A stretch of 64,000 nucleotides of DNA, from assembly GCA_947259725.1 (NCBI GenBank), contig CAMYNM010000020.1, forward strand, positions 18,584 to 82,583, given 5' to 3'. The stretch comes from Thermoanaerobaculia bacterium (lineage in GTDB: Bacteria; Acidobacteriota; Thermoanaerobaculia; Multivoradales; JAHEKO01). The notes beneath the pieces were generated by a model. The model saw nothing but the letters and a program-made list of their open reading frames with translations, did no database searches and was not told the DNA's origin. Of the stretch, positions 59,395-64,000 are shown piece by piece. Position numbers and translations under genes: made by a program. Every line of letters begins with the position of its first letter. Position 1 is the stretch's first letter.

Positions 59395-61659
59395 GTGACA
59401 ATGCCGACACTACGCGAGCGATTCTCTTCCCGCCCGGTTTCGCCACCGGTCAAGCCGCCCTTCAAGCGGGTGAGCTTCGAGAGCGTTCTGGCTCATATGC
59501 GCGAGCAGGGGCGCGAGCCGGACGAGCCGTTCTTGCGCCGCGTCTACGAGTTCTCGACCGAGATGCATGGGGATCAGAAGCGGCAGTCCGGTGAGCCGTT
59601 CATGACCCATCCACTCTATGTGGCTTTTTTTCTGGCCGGGTTCAGGGCGGACGAGACCTCGATAGCGGTGGGCCTGCTGCACGACGTTCTGGAAGACACC
59701 CTGACCACTCGCGAGACTCTGACGACCGAGTTCGGAGAAGAGATCACCAACCTGGTGGACGGCGTGACCAAGATCGGCAAGCACGAGTACGTGCGGCGCG
59801 ACGAGGTCCAATCCGAAACCTTCCGGAAGCTCATCCTGGCTTCGGCCAAGGACATTCGCGTCATTCTGGTCAAGCTAGCCGACCGGCTTCACAACATGAT
59901 GACCCTCGAGCACATGCAAGAGAACGTCAAACGGCGGATCTCGCGCGAAACCCTGGAGATCTACGCGCCTATCGCGCACCGCTTGGGCATGGCCAAGGTG
60001 CAAGGCGATCTGGAAGACCTGGCCTTCTATCATCTTCACCCGCTGAAATTCGCCGCTCTCGAAGCCAAGGTCCGAGAGAAGCTCAAAATCGGGCGCCGCG
60101 CGACCGAAGACATCCGGAGCCGGCTCGAGGAGAGCCTCTCGGAGGCCGGCGTGGACGCCGAGATCAGCTCGCGGGTGAAGCGCTACTACTCGATCTATCG
60201 CAAGCTTCGCCGGCAAGGCATCGAGCTGGCGCAGCTTTATGACTATCTCGCGTTTCGGATCATCACCGAGGAGATGCGCGATTGCTACGCGGCTTTGGGA
60301 GTCGTCCATCAGCATTGGCGTCCCGTACCGGGTCGGTTCAAGGACTACATCGCGATGCCCAAGCCCAATCTGTACCAGTCGCTCCACACCACCGTTGTGG
60401 TCGAGAACGGGCAGCCGTTCGAGGTGCAGATCCGGACCGTAGAGATGGACCTGATCGCGGAAGAGGGAATTGCGGCTCATTGGCGATACAAGGAGGGCAA
60501 GCCCGAACCGCGCTCCCACGAAAGAGAGGTGGCCTGGCTTCGACAGCTCCTCGATTGGCAACAAGACGTCGACGATCCACGGACCTTCATGGCGACTCTC
60601 AAGCTCGACCTCTATCCGGATGAGGTCTACGCTTTCACGCCCAAGGGCGACGTGTTTTCCTTTCCGCGTGGCGCGACGCCGCTCGATTTCGCCTACAAGA
60701 TTCACACCGAGCTGGGGCACCAGTGTTCGGGAGCTAGGGTCAACGGCAAGTTGGTGCCGCTGCGAACGCAACTTCAGAATGGCGACATCGTTGAGATCAT
60801 GACCAACGCCGCGCGCCACCCATCAAGGGACTGGCTGAACTTCGTCGGCACTTCGAGAGCCAAGAGCAAGATTCGACAGTGGCTCAACACCGAGCAGAAG
60901 AAACGCTCTCTCGAGATCGGTCGGCGTCTTCTCGAGCGAGGATTGCGGAGGCACAAGGTCTCGTCGAAACGCTTTCTGGAATCCAAAGCCCTGAAGAAGT
61001 ACCTGGTCTCCGAGGGCGTCGGCCACGCCGACGACCTGCTGAGCCGTATCGGCTTCGGCAAGATCACCGTTCGGCAGGTCCTGGATCGCACGCTGACGAC
61101 CGAGCAACTGGCCGAGGTCGAAAGCAAGCCGAGCCGGTTGCGCTCGGCCGTGGCCAAGATTCTGCCTTTCGGTGCAGCATCGGTCTCGGTGCGCGGAGAC
61201 AGCGATCTGCTCGCCTACCTGGCGAAGTGCTGCAAGCCGCTGCCCGGAGACGAGATCATCGGCTACGTCACTCGGGGCCGGGGAGTGTCGGTGCACTCGG
61301 TCGACTGCCGGAACGTCCGCAACCTGCTCTACAACCCCGAGCGCGAGATCGAAGTCGAGTGGGCCCGATCCCGAGATGAAGTCTTTCCCGTGCCACTGGT
61401 GATCGAGACCGAAGATCAGCCGGGGATGCTGGCCAAGCTCACCGAGGCCATCGCCAAGTTCGACGGCAACATCCGAAACTTCGAGGCCGGGACGATCGAA
61501 ACCGGCCGGGGTCAGATCGCCGTGCTCGTCGAAGTGAAGAACCGCCGCCAGCTGGAGCGGCTGCGCCAAGGACTGCGTGGGGTGCCCGGAGTCCTCGACG
61601 TCCGCCGACCCATGGGCTCCGATTCCGGCGCCCTGAGTGAATTCGGGAAAGACCGATAG
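59395..61659 (+). CDS. rel: bifunctional (p)ppGpp synthetase/hydrolase, RelA/SpoT family
   Basis: HD hydrolase (VGLLHDVLEDT), synthetase (RFKDYIAMPKPNLYQSLHTTV), and TGS and ACT domains. GTG at 59395, or ATG at 59401. Confidence 0.92.
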   Translation: MTMPTLRERFSSRPVSPPVKPPFKRVSFESVLAHMREQGREPDEPFLRRVYEFSTEMHGDQKRQSGEPFMTHPLYVAFFLAGFRADETSIAVGLLHDVLEDTLTTRETLTTEFGEEITNLVDGVTKIGKHEYVRRDEVQSETFRKLILASAKDIRVILVKLADRLHNMMTLEHMQENVKRRISRETLEIYAPIAHRLGMAKVQGDLEDLAFYHLHPLKFAALEAKVREKLKIGRRATEDIRSRLEESLSEAGVDAEISSRVKRYYSIYRKLRRQGIELAQLYDYLAFRIITEEMRDCYAALGVVHQHWRPVPGRFKDYIAMPKPNLYQSLHTTVVVENGQPFEVQIRTVEMDLIAEEGIAAHWRYKEGKPEPRSHEREVAWLRQLLDWQQDVDDPRTFMATLKLDLYPDEVYAFTPKGDVFSFPRGATPLDFAYKIHTELGHQCSGARVNGKLVPLRTQLQNGDIVEIMTNAARHPSRDWLNFVGTSRAKSKIRQWLNTEQKKRSLEIGRRLLERGLRRHKVSSKRFLESKALKKYLVSEGVGHADDLLSRIGFGKITVRQVLDRTLTTEQLAEVESKPSRLRSAVAKILPFGAASVSVRGDSDLLAYLAKCCKPLPGDEIIGYVTRGRGVSVHSVDCRNVRNLLYNPEREIEVEWARSRDEVFPVPLVIETEDQPGMLAKLTEAIAKFDGNIRNFEAGTIETGRGQIAVLVEVKNRRQLERLRQGLRGVPGVLDVRRPMGSDSGALSEFGKDR

Positions 61660-61674
61660 AAGGCGACCGTCGGC

Positions 61675-61908
61675 CTAGCTCTGGTCTGCTTCAGCGGTCT
61701 CGGGCCGCCAGGTACGGGTCGGGGGCTTGTGCACTTTGCCACTGCGCAGGCAGCGAGCGCAGACCAGGATGCGCTGAACGGAGCCGTTGACCAGGGCGCG
61801 AACCCGACGGAGATTGGGCTCCCAGGTTCGAGCCGACACGTTGTGAGCGTGACTTATCTGACGACCGATGATTGTTTTCTTACCGCAAACAGAGCACTGC
61901 TTGGACAT
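61675..61908 (-). CDS. rpmB: 50S ribosomal protein L28
   Basis: Internal ATG (61906-61908) with a GGGAG RBS. MSKQCSVCGKKTIIGRQISHAHNVSARTWEPNL... The track's longer N-terminus is rejected. Confidence 0.85.
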   Translation of the reverse strand: MSKQCSVCGKKTIIGRQISHAHNVSARTWEPNLRRVRALVNGSVQRILVCARCLRSGKVHKPPTRTWRPETAEADQS

Positions 61909-62016
61909 CGAGAAATCTCCCAAAGTGAGGCGGGATGGTAGCAGATTCGCTGGCCGGGCGCCAGGCGGGCGTCGGGCGTCGGTGGCGCCGGGCGGATGGG
62001 GCGCTAGACCGTTCCC

Positions 62017-62044
62017 TTGACAGGGTGTAGCATTCTTGTATAGC
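62017..62044 (+). promoter_or_regulatory. sigma-70 promoter candidate for pilMNO (TTGACA-16-TATAGC with TG extension)
   Basis: Read directly in the AT-rich rpmB/pilM divergent region. The -10 lies ~75 nt upstream of the pilM GTG. Confidence 0.5.
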
Positions 62045-62117
62045 TTGCGATATTGCTTAATGTTTGTCATCTAAAGTGGCATGAAAGCGAAGGTTTTAGT
62101 ACCAGAGGTGTAGACTA

Positions 62118-63173
62118 GTGTTGTTTTCGCGCACACGGGGCGTCATTGGCCTGGATATCGGCAGCTCGACGGTCAAATTGGTCGAGCTGAAGGAGCGCAA
62201 AGGGGAGTTGCATCTGCAACGGATCGGCCTCGAGCCGTTGTCCCCGGAGGCCATCGTCGACGGTTCGATCATGGACTCATCCCTGGTGGTGGACGCGGTC
62301 AACAAGCTCGCCGAGGAAAGTGGCGTGAAGAGCAACAACTACGCCACCAGCCTGGCCGGCCATTCCGTGATCATCAAGAAGATTCAGATGCCGGCGATGT
62401 CGGCCGACGAGATCGCGGAGTCCATTCAATGGGAGGCCGAGCAATACATCCCCTTCGACATCAGCGACGTTCGGCTCGACTACATCGTTCTCAGCGACGA
62501 AGAGGTGGCCCGTGACGCGATGGAAGTGCTGCTGGTGGCCGTCAAGCGCGACAAAGTCAACGACTACGTTTCGGTGATCAGCCAGGCGGGCAGGAACCCG
62601 GTGATCGTCGATGTCGATGCATTCGCGGTGCAAAACGCGTACGAGCTCAACTATGACGTCGACTCACAGCAGGTCGTGGCACTGGTCAATATGGGTGCCG
62701 GTGTCACCACCATCAACATCCTTTCTCGGGGCTCGACGGTCTTCTGGCGTGACATGTCGATCGGCGGCAATCAGTTCACCGAGGCGCTGCAGCGCGAGTA
62801 CAGCCTCTCTTTCGACCAGGCCGAAAGGCTCAAGCGGGGTGAGCAGGTTCCCGGTTGCTCGCCTTCCGAGGCCAGATCGATTCTGGAGGCGGTTTCGACC
62901 GAGCTCGCAGCGGAGATTCAGAAGACGTTCGATTTCTTCGCGGCTACCTCGGCCGACGACCGGGTCACTCAGTTGATGCTCTCGGGCGGCTGCGCTTTGA
63001 CGCCCAATCTGCGAGAAGTGCTGCAGGATCGTTTCAACGTTCCGACCGAGATCATGAACCCGCTACGGCGAGTGCAGTATCGTGAGACGGACTTCGACAG
63101 CGTGTGGCTGCAGTCGGTCGCGCCAATGTTGGCGGTAGCCGTCGGACTCGCGGCACGCAAGGTGGACGACTAG
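62118..63173 (+). CDS. pilM: type IV pilus assembly protein PilM (actin-like ATPase fold)
   Basis: GTG start with an AGAGG RBS. GLDIGSSTVKLVEL and the overall PilM pattern. Followed by pilN and pilO. Confidence 0.88.
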   Translation: MLFSRTRGVIGLDIGSSTVKLVELKERKGELHLQRIGLEPLSPEAIVDGSIMDSSLVVDAVNKLAEESGVKSNNYATSLAGHSVIIKKIQMPAMSADEIAESIQWEAEQYIPFDISDVRLDYIVLSDEEVARDAMEVLLVAVKRDKVNDYVSVISQAGRNPVIVDVDAFAVQNAYELNYDVDSQQVVALVNMGAGVTTINILSRGSTVFWRDMSIGGNQFTEALQREYSLSFDQAERLKRGEQVPGCSPSEARSILEAVSTELAAEIQKTFDFFAATSADDRVTQLMLSGGCALTPNLREVLQDRFNVPTEIMNPLRRVQYRETDFDSVWLQSVAPMLAVAVGLAARKVDD

Positions 63174-63181
63174 AGGCGAGC

Positions 63182-63787
63182 ATGATCAGGATCAACCTAC
63201 TTTCAGAGGGGCGCAAGCCCGTAGCCGCCAAGAAGAAGACGGTAGGTAGTGGCTTGGCTCTCGGCGGCATCGATCCGGCGACGATCGCGCTGCTGGCCAC
63301 GGTCTTTCTCGGTGTGGTCATCTCGCTGGGGCACAATTTTCTGCTCGGCAGGACGATCTCCAAGAAGCAGGTCGAGGTCAACGAGGCCCAAGTGGAAGTC
63401 GACAAGCTGGCGCCGATCATCGCCGAGGTCGAGCAGTTCAAGGCGAAGAAGGCCAAGCTCGAAAACAAGGTCGATATCATCTCGCAGCTCAAGGCGAATC
63501 AGCAGGGGCCGGTTCAGATCATGGACAAGATCTCGCGGGCCTTGCCGGAGCTTCTCTGGATGGACCGCATGGACGTCAAGGGTCAGACGGTGACCGTCAA
63601 CGGCCAGGCCTTCAACACCAATGCGGTCGCCAATTTTCTGGAGAATCTCGATCGGGTCCCTGAGTTCCAGGAACCGGTCCTTCAGGATACGTCACAGACC
63701 GGGCAAACCTACTCGTTCATCGTGCGGTTTAACTACACCCACGTTCCGACCGGCGAAAGTCAGGAGCAGACGGCCGCGGCCGGCTGA
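63182..63787 (+). CDS. pilN: type IV pilus assembly protein PilN
   Basis: MIRINLL N-terminus, a single TM, then a coiled coil. Confidence 0.85.
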   Translation: MIRINLLSEGRKPVAAKKKTVGSGLALGGIDPATIALLATVFLGVVISLGHNFLLGRTISKKQVEVNEAQVEVDKLAPIIAEVEQFKAKKAKLENKVDIISQLKANQQGPVQIMDKISRALPELLWMDRMDVKGQTVTVNGQAFNTNAVANFLENLDRVPEFQEPVLQDTSQTGQTYSFIVRFNYTHVPTGESQEQTAAAG

Positions 63788-63796
63788 GGAAACCGA

Positions 63797-64000
63797 ATGG
63801 CGTTTCAAACCGGACTCGAAGGAAAGCCCTGGTACTTTGGCCTGATCGCTGGCCTGGTGGTAGCCGGCATTCTGTATTTCGGCGCCCATCGAGTCTTGCT
63901 CGAGCCGAAGAAGAACAACATCGCTTCTCTCGATAACCGGCTCACCGAGCTGCAAGCCAAGATCCAGGAAGGCCGCGCCGCGCAGCAGCAGTTGCCGAGG
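63797..64000 (+). CDS. pilO: type IV pilus assembly protein PilO (3' end outside window)
   Basis: GKPWYFGLIAGLVVAGILYF TM followed by a coiled coil. Typical gene order. Confidence 0.75.
   Translation, partial: MAFQTGLEGKPWYFGLIAGLVVAGILYFGAHRVLLEPKKNNIASLDNRLTELQAKIQEGRAAQQQLPR

Overview
This is a high-GC (~68%) bacterial chromosomal segment that is densely coding. I see no rRNA, tRNA, CRISPR array, integrase or transposase; it looks like core genome rather than an accessory island. The lineage is probably Acidobacteriota- or Myxococcota-like (type IV pilus pilT-pilC-pilS-pilR and pilM-pilN-pilO loci, a TIGR02300 FYDLN_acid zinc-ribbon gene), but that is uncertain.

Gene content, left to right:
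- a partial outer-membrane barrel gene followed by ZnuA- and ZnuB-like metal uptake genes
- a PQQ-dependent sugar dehydrogenase
- a secreted metzincin protease with FN3 repeats and a small overlapping membrane protein
- a CoA-transferase and a membrane fatty acid desaturase
- a single-chain pyruvate:ferredoxin oxidoreductase followed by a dihydroorotate-dehydrogenase-like gene
- a DUF2277 protein, an S33-like hydrolase, an MFS transporter, a Dgt-like dGTPase, an EamA transporter and a PNP/UDP-family phosphorylase
- phosphonate ABC transporter phnD, phnC, phnE and a YpfJ-like zinc peptidase
- moeA, then a DUF4388 / FmdB zinc-ribbon / XdhC operon
- pilR, pilS, pilC, pilT
- an MsbA-like ABC exporter
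- a lipoprotein and a glutamate-cysteine-ligase-family-2 protein fused to a CBS pair
- the three-gene transhydrogenase pntAA, pntAB, pntB
- tmk and holB, a DsbA-like protein, a PLP decarboxylase, manC, trmB, a second ABC exporter, a TIGR01777 epimerase and an SRPBCC protein
- a SAMHD1-like HD dNTPase, a GltP-like symporter, a TIGR02300 zinc-ribbon gene missed by the ORF track, lolA-like, tgt, yajC, secD, secF, a rel/spoT gene, rpmB, and pilM, pilN, pilO.

Most long antisense ORFs in the track are GC-shadow artefacts.

The most unusual non-coding and small-scale signals are:
- a perfect 83-bp tandem direct repeat (two copies) packed with hairpins in a convergent intergenic region
- an AT-rich islet with a sigma-54-type promoter match in front of a 21-codon ORF with a strong RBS, beside the TIGR02300 gene
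- a 25-nt near-perfect palindrome at the moeA / DUF4388-operon divergent promoter
- two dyad operators in the AT-rich pilT / ABC divergent region
- a 230-bp highly structured leader in front of phnDCE
- a SecF with a ComEA-like helix-hairpin-helix insertion.

I did not recognise any canonical phage-defence or mobile system, although two dNTP triphosphohydrolase homologues are present.
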